In this document: positions 27,462 through 37,764 of the stretch, in pieces | Layout: each line of letters opens with the position of its first letter | How positions within the stretch are numbered: position 1 is the stretch's first letter | Assembly: GCA_963732385.1 (NCBI GenBank) | Contig: CAVSZB010000003.1 | Span: 416,001 to 480,000, forward strand | Origin: an uncultured bacterium | Lineage (GTDB): Bacteria; Krumholzibacteriota; Krumholzibacteriia; LZORAL124-64-63 | Reading direction: 5' to 3' | Length of the DNA: 64,000 nt | Program-made: the position numbers and the translations under genes | Notes under the pieces: model-generated | What the model was told of the DNA's origin: nothing | What the model saw: the letters and a program-made list of their open reading frames with translations, nothing else | Database searches by the model: none

Positions 27462-29453
27462 GTGTCTGTCCCCCAATTGATATGTGCGCGGCGCCCCTGT
27501 GTTGCCGTCGCGGTGTTGCTCGCGTTGGGCCTTGCGGTCCCGGCGGCTGACGGCGCGCCGCGCAAGGACATCGTCACGAACGTCGGCCTGGTCGGGCTCA
27601 CGATCACGAACCTGGGCTACGTCGGCAACGGGTTCACCAATCAGTTCCAGCCGTCGTGCGAATATCCGCTCAACAGCCACGTGGAGCACGTCTTCCTCGG
27701 TGGAATCTGGGTCGGCGCGGTGGCGCCCGACGGCACGATCCACGTCTCGACCGGCGCGCAGGACGCCAGCAACCTGGTCGCCGGCGACGAAGTGCGCGAG
27801 TTCGTGGATTCGCCAGGCGCGGCGGTGGACATCTGGTCCAACAGCCAGAACAGCGACCGGTACCCTTACGATCCCCGCGCGCTGGCCACACAGCACATCG
27901 AAGTCACGTTCGACGACTACGCGACCATCGAATCCGGCAGCCACACGCCGCTGGGGTTGCAGGTCGTCCTGCGGGCGCTGGCGTACGGCAGCCCCTATGC
28001 GGACGATTTCGTCATCCTCGACTACGCCATCATCAACATCTCCGGCGGCGAATTGCGCGACGTCTATGTCGCCTACTGGACCGACACCACGGTGGGCAAC
28101 ACGACGCGGACGGTTCCCTCCGAATACGATCCCCTGGCTCCGGTGAAGTGGAATTACTACGACGACCTCAACGGCGGCTGGGGTCCGGCCCGCTGGGTCC
28201 CGCCCGGGAGCGTTGTCAACGGTGATCCTGGCATCTGGATGATGTACGAGCACGACGACGACGGCGAAGAGAACCTCGCCACCTCCTGGGTCGGCAGTCG
28301 CCTGCTCGGGACGGCGCCGCTGGTGGCCACCCGCGTGACCGTCGCCGGCGACACCCTGCCGCCGGTGAGCTACAACAGCTGGCGTTTCCGGGGCGTGCCG
28401 GCCCAGGATGATGTCTACCTGATCAACCCGGGGCAGCCGACCGAAGAGCTGCGGGCCGGCAAGTACCAGGTGATGGGCAACGGCGATTTCGACGTGGGCG
28501 AGACGCAGAGCGAAAACTTCACCGTCGCGTCCGACTGGATGGGACTGCTCTCGACCGGGCCGTGGCCCTACATGGCGCCGGGCGATACGATCCATGTCAC
28601 TTATGCGATCGTCTGCGGGGCGGATTCGCTCTCGCTGCTGGCGAACAGCAAGATTGCGCAGGTGGCCTACGACGCCGGGTTCAGCATCCCGGCCGGGCCT
28701 CCGTCGCCGCGGCTCGCCGTCGCCACCGACAACGATCGCGTCATCCTGACCTGGAGCCCGGGCGATTCAGCCGCCGCCGACGCGGCCGGGCAGTCGCCCG
28801 AATTCCACCTCAGCTCGATCACCAACAAGCGCGATTTCCAGGGTTACCGGATCTTCCGCTTCCAGGGCGAAACGATCACCAAGGATCCCTACAGTCTGGC
28901 GACCCTGATTGCCGAGTACGACCGGATCGACGGCGTCGGCTTCGACACCGGCCTGCCGCCGCTCGATCTCGACGGCCGGCGGCGTTTCGTGGATGAGCAC
29001 CTGCTCGACGGCTTCCCCTACTGGTATTCCATCGTGTCGTTCTCGGCGCCCGACCAGGAGGCCGGCCTGCCGGAGTTCCAGAGCGGCTTCAATGAAAACG
29101 CGCGGCTGGTGTTTCCCGGTTCGGCGCCGTCCATCCCGACCGACCGGCGCACCGTGGGCGTCTTCCCGAATCCCTATCGCGCCGGGTCGTTCTTCGACTC
29201 GCCGCGCGGCGAAGTGGAGCTGGGCCGCAGGATCTGGTTCACCGGGCTGCCGCCCCGTTCAGTGATCCAGGTGTTCAACCTGGCGGGGGACCTGATCAGG
29301 ACCCTGCATCACGACGATCCCAATTCGGGCCAGGAGCCGTGGGACCTGCTCACCGAGCCGGTGCGGGCCCTCGCGAGCGGTCTCTACGTCTACGTGGTGA
29401 CCGATCTCGCCAGCGGCGAGGTCCAGCGCGGGAAGCTGGTGATCATCAAATGA
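27462..29453 (+). CDS. Secreted protein with Fn3-like region and T9SS-type C-terminal sorting-like domain
   Basis: GGAGG then GTG, signal peptide; VGLTITNLG, SCEYP.NS...LGGIWVGA, STGPW..APGDT, DFQGYRIFR; C-terminal VFPNPY...VFNLAGDLIRTL...WDL...ASGLYVY...GKLVIIK. Confidence 0.8.
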   Translation: MSVPQLICARRPCVAVAVLLALGLAVPAADGAPRKDIVTNVGLVGLTITNLGYVGNGFTNQFQPSCEYPLNSHVEHVFLGGIWVGAVAPDGTIHVSTGAQDASNLVAGDEVREFVDSPGAAVDIWSNSQNSDRYPYDPRALATQHIEVTFDDYATIESGSHTPLGLQVVLRALAYGSPYADDFVILDYAIINISGGELRDVYVAYWTDTTVGNTTRTVPSEYDPLAPVKWNYYDDLNGGWGPARWVPPGSVVNGDPGIWMMYEHDDDGEENLATSWVGSRLLGTAPLVATRVTVAGDTLPPVSYNSWRFRGVPAQDDVYLINPGQPTEELRAGKYQVMGNGDFDVGETQSENFTVASDWMGLLSTGPWPYMAPGDTIHVTYAIVCGADSLSLLANSKIAQVAYDAGFSIPAGPPSPRLAVATDNDRVILTWSPGDSAAADAAGQSPEFHLSSITNKRDFQGYRIFRFQGETITKDPYSLATLIAEYDRIDGVGFDTGLPPLDLDGRRRFVDEHLLDGFPYWYSIVSFSAPDQEAGLPEFQSGFNENARLVFPGSAPSIPTDRRTVGVFPNPYRAGSFFDSPRGEVELGRRIWFTGLPPRSVIQVFNLAGDLIRTLHHDDPNSGQEPWDLLTEPVRALASGLYVYVVTDLASGEVQRGKLVIIK

Positions 29454-31015
29454 GGCTGCGTCGTTTTCCGCGCCCGTCTGCCCGAAGTGTCGCGCTGACC
29501 GCCGCGCTGGCGACAGTGCTGGCGCTGGTGCTGGGCGGTGGCTGCACGAACGATCCGTTCGATCCCGACTCCCTCCCGAACGCGCGGCCGGTGGCGCGTA
29601 TCTTCGTCACCTCCGCTCCTGGCGAGACGCTCAATGCGACCAGCTACTTCCGGCGCACCTTCCGCTGGAGCGGCAGCGACGCCGACGGCCGGGTGGTGGA
29701 ATACCACGTCTCGATCGAGACGCAGCGCGGGACGCCGGCGCCCTGGGACACGACCGCGCGCACTGACACCACGATGACCTTCACTACCGACGACGTGGGT
29801 CACGCCGAGGCCACCGTGCGTGTGGCCTGCCGGGACGATCGCGGCGCGCTCAGCGATACCGTCACGCAGTACATCCCGCTGCGGAATTTTCCGCCCGTGA
29901 TCAATTTCCAGGCTGATTTCGACACCGTGCGCTGGAGCTACGGCGCCGCCAATTTCCGCCTGTTCGCGCTCGACCTCGATGGGAACGAGACGCTCGACGA
30001 CTCGCTGCTCTACCGGCTGGATACGGCCGACACGACTATCGTGCGCGCCAGCGGATCCCCGGGCGCCGATCCGGCCCTCTGCTGGGTGAAGAAGGCGTTC
30101 GACGATCCGCTGGGGCGGACCTTCAGCATCGCGCTCAAGGGGACGCCCCCGGCTGCGGCGCGCACGCTCACGATCTCGGTGCGGGACGAAGCTCACTCCG
30201 AAGCGCGGCTCAACTGGACCTGGAAGGTTCTGGAGGCGCGCGGGCCGGTGCTGCTGGTGGCCGACGCCGGTCCGAGCACCTTCACCGCTTTCTATCGCCC
30301 GGTCATGGACGCGCTGTTGGGCGCGGGGCAGTGGTCGCTCTACAACGTCGGCAGTCCGCTCGTCGACCGCTCGCTCTCGGGCGTTTCTCCCGAGCTGTAC
30401 TATGTGGGGTTGCCGGACAGGCCGTGGGTGCTGCTCGAATCGCTGCGGCAGTTCCCGGTCGTGCTGTGGTATACCGGAGGGGGCTCGTCGCTCAACCTGA
30501 AGAACTCCGTGGAACCGCTCAAGAGCTACCTGACGCCGCCGCCGAATCCCGCCACCGGCCTGCCGGAAGCGCCGGCCGGCCGGCTGGTGCTCGTGAGCAA
30601 GTCCATCATCGGGGTCTCCTCGAATCTGCCGGCCGACTTCGTCAAGAGCGTGCTCGGCGTGAGCACGGTCGCCGCGCCGCCGGCCGATTTCGTGGTCCCG
30701 ATCGGCAAACAGGCGCTCGGCCAGCGGGTGACGCTGCCCCCCTTCACCGCGATTTCGTCGACCAACCGGCAGGCGATCGGGGTCAAGCTGCTCACCGGCA
30801 CGGAAGCGCTCTACAAGCTCGAATACTATCAGTACAGCCCCGATGGCCGGCCGCCATATGACCCGATCGTGGTCACCCGGAAGCCGCCGGCCGCTACGGC
30901 TCCTCTGGCGAGCGTGCTCGTGATGTCGCTGCAGCTCGAGTACTTCGACCAGGCGCAGGTGGTCCTGGCGCTGCGGGCGCTGCTGCTCAATGAGCTGGGG
31001 GTGATGCTGCCTTGA
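29450..31015 (+). CDS. Putative lipoprotein with Ig/PKD-like domains
   Basis: Signal ending LGGGC; FRWSGSDADGRVVEY; ATGA coupling to the upstream gene. Confidence 0.7.
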   Translation: MRLRRFPRPSARSVALTAALATVLALVLGGGCTNDPFDPDSLPNARPVARIFVTSAPGETLNATSYFRRTFRWSGSDADGRVVEYHVSIETQRGTPAPWDTTARTDTTMTFTTDDVGHAEATVRVACRDDRGALSDTVTQYIPLRNFPPVINFQADFDTVRWSYGAANFRLFALDLDGNETLDDSLLYRLDTADTTIVRASGSPGADPALCWVKKAFDDPLGRTFSIALKGTPPAAARTLTISVRDEAHSEARLNWTWKVLEARGPVLLVADAGPSTFTAFYRPVMDALLGAGQWSLYNVGSPLVDRSLSGVSPELYYVGLPDRPWVLLESLRQFPVVLWYTGGGSSLNLKNSVEPLKSYLTPPPNPATGLPEAPAGRLVLVSKSIIGVSSNLPADFVKSVLGVSTVAAPPADFVVPIGKQALGQRVTLPPFTAISSTNRQAIGVKLLTGTEALYKLEYYQYSPDGRPPYDPIVVTRKPPAATAPLASVLVMSLQLEYFDQAQVVLALRALLLNELGVMLP

Positions 31016-33969
31016 ACCTCCGCCCCCTTCGCCTGCTGCCGTGGCCGGTGTCGATGGCTGTCCTGGCCCTCGCGCTCGCGGTCGCGCCGGCACGGGCGCA
31101 GGCGCCGGCGGCCGCCGGTCGCCTGATGTACGACGGCGCCGGGGCGGCCGCCGCGCCGACAAGCCTGCTGGCGCCGGGCGGAACAGGTGGCGCGCCCGAT
31201 CTTGAGCAATCCCCCCCCGCGGTCATCAAGGGATTCGTCCGCGAAGCCGGGACGGGCGACTCGCTGCCCTACACGAACGTGTTCCTGGCCGGCACGAACA
31301 TCGGCACCATGGCTTTCAACGACGGTTATTACATCATCCGGGGGTTGCGGCCCGGCACCTACACCGTCAGGGCGTCCTACATCTCCTACGCGCTGGGCAG
31401 CCGCACGGTGACGGTGGGGCCGGGCGAGATCGCCCAGGTCGATTTCTCGCTGGAGGTCGAGGCGATCCTCATGGACGCCATCGATGTTTCGGCGGAGCGT
31501 CGCCTCATCGAGATCGAACGCACCGGCAGCGTGCATCGGCTTTCGGCCGCCGAGATGGCCGCCATGCCGGTGGACAACGTCGTCGACATGCTGCAGCACC
31601 AGGCTGGCGTTTCGGTGCAGGACAACGAGATCCACATCCGGGGCGGGCGCGCCGACGACACCCAGTTCGTCGTGGACGGCATGTCGGTGAATGACCCGCT
31701 CGCCGGCGGCGGCTATGGCTATCAGATCGACCCCTCGCTCATCAACGAGATCGAGGTCCTGACCGGCGGCTTCAACGCTGAATACGGGCAGGCGGTGTCG
31801 GGCGTGGTCAACGTCTCGACCAAGGAGGGCACCGACCGCGTTTCCGGGTCGGCGAGCTGGAAGCGCGACTACCTGACCGCCGTCAACAAGCACGACTACG
31901 TCGGGTGGCGGGACTATGACGATTTCAGCGAGCCGCAGAACATCGACGTGGTCAAGGCGTCGCTGTCCGGGCCGGACCCGCTGTCGTCGGCGTTGCGCCG
32001 CGCGGGGATCGACCTGCCCGGTCGCCAGTACCTGCTCGTGAGCGGTTCGGCCGACCTGCGCGATGGCTATCTGCCGATCTTCTCGCGCACGCAGGACCTG
32101 CGCTCGCCGATGTACGCCGGCTGGCTGTCGCCGCGGCAGGAGTCCGAGTGGAACGGCATGGCGAAGTGGTCCTGGCACCTCACGCCGCGCCACAAGATCA
32201 ACCTGACCTCGAGCCGCCAGGTCGGCATCGGCCAGGGCTTCGACCTGCCGGGGGAGGGTTTCCCGCGGCCGTTCCTCAACGGCCTCGACCGCTTTCTCGT
32301 CTTTACGAGCGAGAACATCCTCACGCAGCTCTACTACCGGCAGGTACTCGGCGAGAATGACTTCCTGGAGTTCCAGGTCGGACGCAATTTCAACCGCCTG
32401 CACGCGAACATCAACGGCGACGACGACTTCACCGATTACGAACTCATCGACGCGCCCCCGTCGCCGGAGGGCCAGGCCGACGGCGGCGCGGACCGCTGGC
32501 ACGATCACTATTCCGAATCCTGGACTGCGAAGGGCACCTATTCCTTCATGAAGAGCCGGGCCAACCAGTACAAGGCCGGCTTCGAGTTCTCGTTCACCGA
32601 ACTGCAGCTTGTGGACCTGCAGTCGTCGCTCGGCTCGCCGCCGCCCGGCAAGCTCGCCATCCAGGACGACATCTTCAAGGTGCACCCGATCGTCGGTTCG
32701 GCCTTCCTGCAGGACACGATCACGTACCACGGCATGATCCTGAACGCCGGCCTGCGCAGCGATGTCTGGGCGCCGGGGCGTGAAGTCGAGAGCGTGATGC
32801 GCAACGCTGACGACTACCTGTTCATCTTCCCCGAGATGGTGACCGACTTCGAGAACAGCACGATCGGGGTTTTGGGGCGACGCTGGAAGACCCGGGTTTC
32901 GCCGCGGCTCGGCATGAATTTCCCGGTGACCGAGCACGACAAGTTTTTCTTCAACTACGGGCATTTTTCGCAGTGGCCGCGGTTCGCGTACGTCTACCCG
33001 CAGCTCGAAGCGCGCTCCACGACGAAGATCCAGCTGCTGGGCAACCCCAACCTCAATCCCAAGGTGACGGTCGAGTACGAGACCGGCGTGCAGCACGAAT
33101 TCGGCGGGCTGTGGAGCCTGGGCGTGACCTTCTACAACCGGGACATCTACGGTTACGCCAAGTCGGTCACGCTGGCCCCGGTGGACATCGGCGCCGACGA
33201 GACTCCCGATCCCTACGATACCGGCACGGTGACCGTGCAGCCGGTTCGCTACTTCAACGGTGACTCCGCGCGCAGCCTGGGCATGGAGATCAGCGTCACG
33301 AAGCGCACCACGCGGTGGCTCTCCGGATCGGGGAACCTGGAGTTTTCGCGCAGCACCGGCACCAACAGCAGCGCGGAGGAGGCCTACCTCCAGGCGGTGT
33401 ATGACGAGGCCTACACGCCCACCGCCTCGATCGGCGGTCTCAAGCGCACGCCGCTGTTGTGGGACCGGCCGTGGTCGCTCTCGTTCAACCTCGACTTCTC
33501 GGTCGATGACAAGGATCGACCCACGCTGATCGGCTGGCGGATGCCGCCGAACTGGAGCGCCAACCTGCTGTTCAGCGCGGAGTCCGGCCAGCGCTACACG
33601 CCGCGTACCTATGTCGGGCAGGGCCAGTACACGTCGGGCGACTACAATTCGGGGCGCGGACCGTACCGCAGCAGCCTGAACCTGCGTCTGAACAAATACT
33701 GGACCCATGGGCGGCGGCAGAAGCTGACGGTCTTCTTCGAGGGGCGCAACATCTTCAATCACCGGAACTACCGGCGCATCAACCCCTGGACCGGCAGCGG
33801 CTACCGGATCGGCGACTTCAATCCCACCTGGGTGAACCGCTGGTTCCCGGACGAGGACCCGGAAACGACCCTGGAGACCTATTCCGAGGCGTACGCCCAG
33901 GGTGTCGTGGATCCGAGCTACGTGGAGGATCCGCGTATGCTGCTCGTGGGGGTGACGTGGTCGTGGTAA
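31012..33969 (+). CDS. TonB-dependent receptor with N-terminal carboxypeptidase-regulatory-like domain
   Basis: IKGFVRE..TGDSLPYTNV, plug IHIRGGRAD...VDG, TGGFNAEYG...SGVVN, SPRLG.NFP, GNPNL.P..TVEYE.G, C-terminal aromatic residue. Confidence 0.92.
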   Translation: MNLRPLRLLPWPVSMAVLALALAVAPARAQAPAAAGRLMYDGAGAAAAPTSLLAPGGTGGAPDLEQSPPAVIKGFVREAGTGDSLPYTNVFLAGTNIGTMAFNDGYYIIRGLRPGTYTVRASYISYALGSRTVTVGPGEIAQVDFSLEVEAILMDAIDVSAERRLIEIERTGSVHRLSAAEMAAMPVDNVVDMLQHQAGVSVQDNEIHIRGGRADDTQFVVDGMSVNDPLAGGGYGYQIDPSLINEIEVLTGGFNAEYGQAVSGVVNVSTKEGTDRVSGSASWKRDYLTAVNKHDYVGWRDYDDFSEPQNIDVVKASLSGPDPLSSALRRAGIDLPGRQYLLVSGSADLRDGYLPIFSRTQDLRSPMYAGWLSPRQESEWNGMAKWSWHLTPRHKINLTSSRQVGIGQGFDLPGEGFPRPFLNGLDRFLVFTSENILTQLYYRQVLGENDFLEFQVGRNFNRLHANINGDDDFTDYELIDAPPSPEGQADGGADRWHDHYSESWTAKGTYSFMKSRANQYKAGFEFSFTELQLVDLQSSLGSPPPGKLAIQDDIFKVHPIVGSAFLQDTITYHGMILNAGLRSDVWAPGREVESVMRNADDYLFIFPEMVTDFENSTIGVLGRRWKTRVSPRLGMNFPVTEHDKFFFNYGHFSQWPRFAYVYPQLEARSTTKIQLLGNPNLNPKVTVEYETGVQHEFGGLWSLGVTFYNRDIYGYAKSVTLAPVDIGADETPDPYDTGTVTVQPVRYFNGDSARSLGMEISVTKRTTRWLSGSGNLEFSRSTGTNSSAEEAYLQAVYDEAYTPTASIGGLKRTPLLWDRPWSLSFNLDFSVDDKDRPTLIGWRMPPNWSANLLFSAESGQRYTPRTYVGQGQYTSGDYNSGRGPYRSSLNLRLNKYWTHGRRQKLTVFFEGRNIFNHRNYRRINPWTGSGYRIGDFNPTWVNRWFPDEDPETTLETYSEAYAQGVVDPSYVEDPRMLLVGVTWSW

Positions 33970-34994
33970 AGACGCGTCTCACGGCGGCCTGCGCGGCGGC
34001 TCTGCTTTTGTCTCTCGGCCTGGCCGGGACGGCGGCGGCGCAGCGCGACATTCTCAGCCTGTACGGCGGTGAAAACCGCGGTTCCGCCGGCGCGCAGTTT
34101 TTGCGCCTGCCGGTCGGCGCGCGCGGCATCGCGCTCGGACAGGCCTACACCGCCTCGGCCACCGACGGTTCGGCGCTGTTCTGGAACCCGGCCGGTGTCA
34201 TGCGCACGCCGGCGCGGCGCAATTTCTTCCTGTCGCACACCGAGTACGCCGCGGGCATCGATCTCGATCACGTTTCCGCGCACTGGCGCGGCCAGAATTT
34301 CGGCTTCGGGGTGCTGGCCGGGATGCTCCGCTCCGGCGAGATCCCGCGCACGACGGAACTGCACCAGGAGGGGACCGGCCAGACCTTCCGCGCCGACCAG
34401 TACTTCCTCGGCCTGACGCTCGCGCGCGCGATGACCGACCGCTTCTCGATCGGCGGCACCGTGAAGTACTACCAGGAGAATCTCGACGACTTCGAGGTGC
34501 GCGCACTGTTGATGGACCTGGGCATTCTCTACTTCGTCGGTTACGGCGATCTGCGGATCGGTTTCGCAGTGCGCAATTTCGGCCCGGACCTTGCGCCGGG
34601 CGGCACGCCGCCGGCGCTGCCGGCCGGCTACCAGCAGACCGGAGATTTCCAGAGCTTTCCCGCCCCGACCTCCGGCTCCTTCGGCGTGGCGCATACCCTG
34701 GCTCTGGCCAGTCGCATCGGCCTGCTGTTCGCCGCCGATTTCAACCATCCGTCCGACTACTCGGAGAGCTTCCGGATCGGCGGCGAACTGGGGCTCGACG
34801 AGCGCCTCTTCCTGCGGGGCGGCTTCGAAACGAATCGCGACGAGGGGGGCTTCGCCGCCGGATTCGGCGTGAAGACCGGCATGGACGGCTTCGACCTGCG
34901 GGTCGACTACGCCCTCCGGGACATGGGCAGCTTCGGCACCATGCACCACGTGTCGCTCGATATTTCGCCGCTGTTCGGGAGGAAGCCGCGATGA
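33957..34994 (+). CDS. PorV/PorQ-family outer membrane beta-barrel
   Basis: AGAQFLRLPVGARGIALGQAYTA...DGSALFWNPAG; C-terminal VDYA...G.FG..HHVSL. Confidence 0.85.
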   Translation: MVVVKTRLTAACAAALLLSLGLAGTAAAQRDILSLYGGENRGSAGAQFLRLPVGARGIALGQAYTASATDGSALFWNPAGVMRTPARRNFFLSHTEYAAGIDLDHVSAHWRGQNFGFGVLAGMLRSGEIPRTTELHQEGTGQTFRADQYFLGLTLARAMTDRFSIGGTVKYYQENLDDFEVRALLMDLGILYFVGYGDLRIGFAVRNFGPDLAPGGTPPALPAGYQQTGDFQSFPAPTSGSFGVAHTLALASRIGLLFAADFNHPSDYSESFRIGGELGLDERLFLRGGFETNRDEGGFAAGFGVKTGMDGFDLRVDYALRDMGSFGTMHHVSLDISPLFGRKPR

Positions 34995-36145
34995 AGGGCA
35001 GGGGCCGCGCGACCGGGATGTGGATCGCCTGCGCCGGCGTTTTGGCCGCGCTGGCGGCCGGTTGCGGCGAGAAGATCACTGTGCCGCGCCCCGAGGGTCT
35101 CTTCTCGGTGAGCGCGTACTATCTCGACCACATCTTCGCCGACGAACAGCCGCTGCAGGTCGCCGTCGCCAACAACAACCTGTTCGTGCTATCGGCGAAC
35201 GGATCGCTTACCAAGCGCACGCTCGCCTATGACGAGATCGTCCGGGCAAGCGGGCTCGACCAGCCGACCGCCTTCTGTCGGGGCGATTACTCCGAGCTGA
35301 TCTTCGTCTGGGAGCAGGGATCCCGGCGCGTGAAGGTGCTCAGCTCCACCGATCTGGCGCCGCTCGACTCGAGTCTCGCCCTGCCCGAGGTCCTGGGCGT
35401 CAACCACCTGGCGACCTGCCGGACCGGCGTGGAGACGGTGGCGGGCGCCCGCACGTTCGTCTACCTGGCCGATTCCACCGCGGCGGTCATCCACCGCTAC
35501 GCGTACACGGAGGGGGGCAGCTTCGTCTCGTGGGGTCTCCTGGCGCGCGGCGATGGCACCGGGGCGCGCTCCGTGCACCTGCCGTCGGGTATGGCCGTCG
35601 ATGCGGCGGGCGCGTTGCTCGTCTGCGAAGCCGACACGGCGCGCAACTGGGTCATCCGTTTCGACCCGACCCCCGACCCGACCGATCTCACGCCGCTCTG
35701 GAACGGTCTGCCGCCGCTGCGCGGTCGCGCCGTCCCGTTCGGCACGCCGACGTGCGAGCCGGCCTCGCTGGCCGACGTCACGCTCGGCTACGCCGCGGAG
35801 TGCGGCCAGACCGACTGGGTCGGGCGGCGCGGCTCGGCCGAGGGTGAGTTCGATGTCCCGCTGGGGATCGTGGTGGACGGAGCCGGCCGCATCTATGTCT
35901 CCGACAGCGGCAACGACCGGGTGCAGATCTTCACGGCCGACGGTGTCTATGACATGCGCTTCGGCACCGCCGAGCGCACCCCCGCGCCGGCTTCGCTGGC
36001 GCTGGTCGACTGGCGCATCAGTTCGAACCGCATCAACTACGGGGCCTATCTGTTCATGGTCGACTCCGCCGGTGGTCAGGTCCGCAAGTTCATCTCCGCC
36101 GAGCAGTACATCTACGTGAATCAGGAACCGCCGCCGCCGAACTAG
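34991..36145 (+). CDS. Lipoprotein with NHL/beta-propeller repeats
   Basis: Lipobox LAAGC; GEFDVPLGIVVDGAGRIYVSDSGNDRVQIF. Confidence 0.8.
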   Translation: MKGRGRATGMWIACAGVLAALAAGCGEKITVPRPEGLFSVSAYYLDHIFADEQPLQVAVANNNLFVLSANGSLTKRTLAYDEIVRASGLDQPTAFCRGDYSELIFVWEQGSRRVKVLSSTDLAPLDSSLALPEVLGVNHLATCRTGVETVAGARTFVYLADSTAAVIHRYAYTEGGSFVSWGLLARGDGTGARSVHLPSGMAVDAAGALLVCEADTARNWVIRFDPTPDPTDLTPLWNGLPPLRGRAVPFGTPTCEPASLADVTLGYAAECGQTDWVGRRGSAEGEFDVPLGIVVDGAGRIYVSDSGNDRVQIFTADGVYDMRFGTAERTPAPASLALVDWRISSNRINYGAYLFMVDSAGGQVRKFISAEQYIYVNQEPPPPN

Positions 36146-36153
36146 GCGCGGCG

Positions 36154-37488
36154 TCAGAAGCTCCCGTACAGATCCTCCAGGCGGGTGTTCACCACGTTGT
36201 TGACGGCGGCGCCGAAGGTGTAGGTCAGTCCGACCTGGCCGGAGTAGCGGTAGGCGGTGGCGAGTTCCCGCAGGCGCGAGAGGATCTCCTCGTCGCTGGC
36301 GTCGCCGCGGGGCAGCGCAAGCTGATCGTGGATGCGCGACCAGGAGCCGGTCAGGGAGAGCGACAGGCCGCGGCACAGGCGCAACTGGGCGTTGGCGAGC
36401 GCGGTAACGCTGTACTTGTCGCCGTCATGCAGGTACTGCGTGGCCCAGACCGAGAGCGCGGTCGAGCCCCAGGGCTGCCGCAGGGCGAGCTCGGTCACTG
36501 CCCGGTGGTAGAAGAGGGTTTCCCGCGACTTCCCGTAGATCGTCTCCTGGGCGTAGTCGGCCCGATAGGCCCGGGCCTCCCAGGCCAGAATCCAGCTGCG
36601 GCGCGCCGATTCCGCGTACGGGAAGATGTTGAACTCGATGGTCGGACCGGCGCCGCAGGTGAAGTCGAGATTGCCGTACGTCGAATGGGACACGCTCCCG
36701 CGAGCGCCCGCCGACCAGCGCGGCGCCAGGCTCCGCACGCCCCGCGCGCCGACCGACCAGGAGCGGTTGATCGACGTGAATTGGCTGCCGTCGGCCAGGG
36801 TGTAGCGCCCCTCGCTGTAGCTGTGCGCGGCGTTCAGGCCGAGCTTCAGCGTTTCGGTGACCCGGCTCGCCGCCACCGAACTGCCGAGGTAGTGGTTGCG
36901 GTAGCTCTTCTCGCCGTCTAGCGAACCGCTCACGCTCGTGCTCATCACCCAGGCGCGCCAGGGATCCGCCGCCGGGACGGCGGCCGGACGCGCGGCGGCG
37001 CCCGGGCCCGGGACGTCGGCCATCACCCGGACCTCGAGCCGTTCCCCGTCCGGCGTGCCGACCAGATCGCGCGCCAGCCCCGCCGCCAGCGCGCGGGCGA
37101 GGGCGCGGCGCGTGTCGTCCGCGGTGCCGTCGCGCGGCAGGAAGAAGCGGAGCGTGTCGGCCGCGGGGCCCCGGCCGGGGCGGCGCAGGAAGCAGAGTTG
37201 CGTCGCGAAGCCGCCGTCGCCGGTTAAATTTCCCGTGACCAGCACGTGCACATCGGCATCCTCACGGTCCCGAGCCCAGTCCACGAAAGTCAGCTCGCGC
37301 ATCAGGAAGGCGAGGTCGCAGTCGTTGCCCTCGCAGTCGAGGAAGAGGCGGAGGCGCGGCTTGCCGGGGGAGGCGGCGTCCGTAACGGGGACGTCAGCGG
37401 TGGCCTGAGCGCCGCGCGCGTCCGACGGCGGGGCGGCCGCGACCGTCAGCAACAGCAGCAAAAGACAGGTGGGTGCCGGTGTCGCCAT
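36154..37488 (-). CDS. Hypothetical outer-membrane beta-barrel protein
   Basis: Signal peptide, FLDC...CD..F...ELTFVDWARDREDADVHVL, amphipathic strands, YTFG...NNVVNTR. Confidence 0.65.
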   Translation of the reverse strand: MATPAPTCLLLLLLTVAAAPPSDARGAQATADVPVTDAASPGKPRLRLFLDCEGNDCDLAFLMRELTFVDWARDREDADVHVLVTGNLTGDGGFATQLCFLRRPGRGPAADTLRFFLPRDGTADDTRRALARALAAGLARDLVGTPDGERLEVRVMADVPGPGAAARPAAVPAADPWRAWVMSTSVSGSLDGEKSYRNHYLGSSVAASRVTETLKLGLNAAHSYSEGRYTLADGSQFTSINRSWSVGARGVRSLAPRWSAGARGSVSHSTYGNLDFTCGAGPTIEFNIFPYAESARRSWILAWEARAYRADYAQETIYGKSRETLFYHRAVTELALRQPWGSTALSVWATQYLHDGDKYSVTALANAQLRLCRGLSLSLTGSWSRIHDQLALPRGDASDEEILSRLRELATAYRYSGQVGLTYTFGAAVNNVVNTRLEDLYGSF

Positions 37489-37764
37489 CGTCACTCCGGA
37501 TCGGGCTCCGGGACGGCGACGCGGCAGAAGGCGAATTTACGGCGAATCTCCGCGGGGATCATGGCCCTTCCTGTCGGGGCGGGGGTGGCCGGGGAGGGCA
37601 TGGTAGGCGCGGGCCGGGTCGCTGTCAACGACACCCCGCCGCCCGCGGGTCCTGCGTTAATTGCCCGATCCGGGCCGCAGACACTCGACGCGGTCCCCCG
37701 GGTGTATTACTATCCGTCGTCAGGCTGATGCGCCCTTGCCGGGCGCGCCCTGTGGAGGATCAAA

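Noticed and set aside
30829..33762. Long antisense or alternative-frame ORFs (e.g. 977 aa here; also 2121-4226, 5319-7226, 13662-15482, 42518-44809, 62674-63945)
   Set aside because: Shadow ORFs of clearly recognisable genes in high-GC DNA, with no motifs of their own
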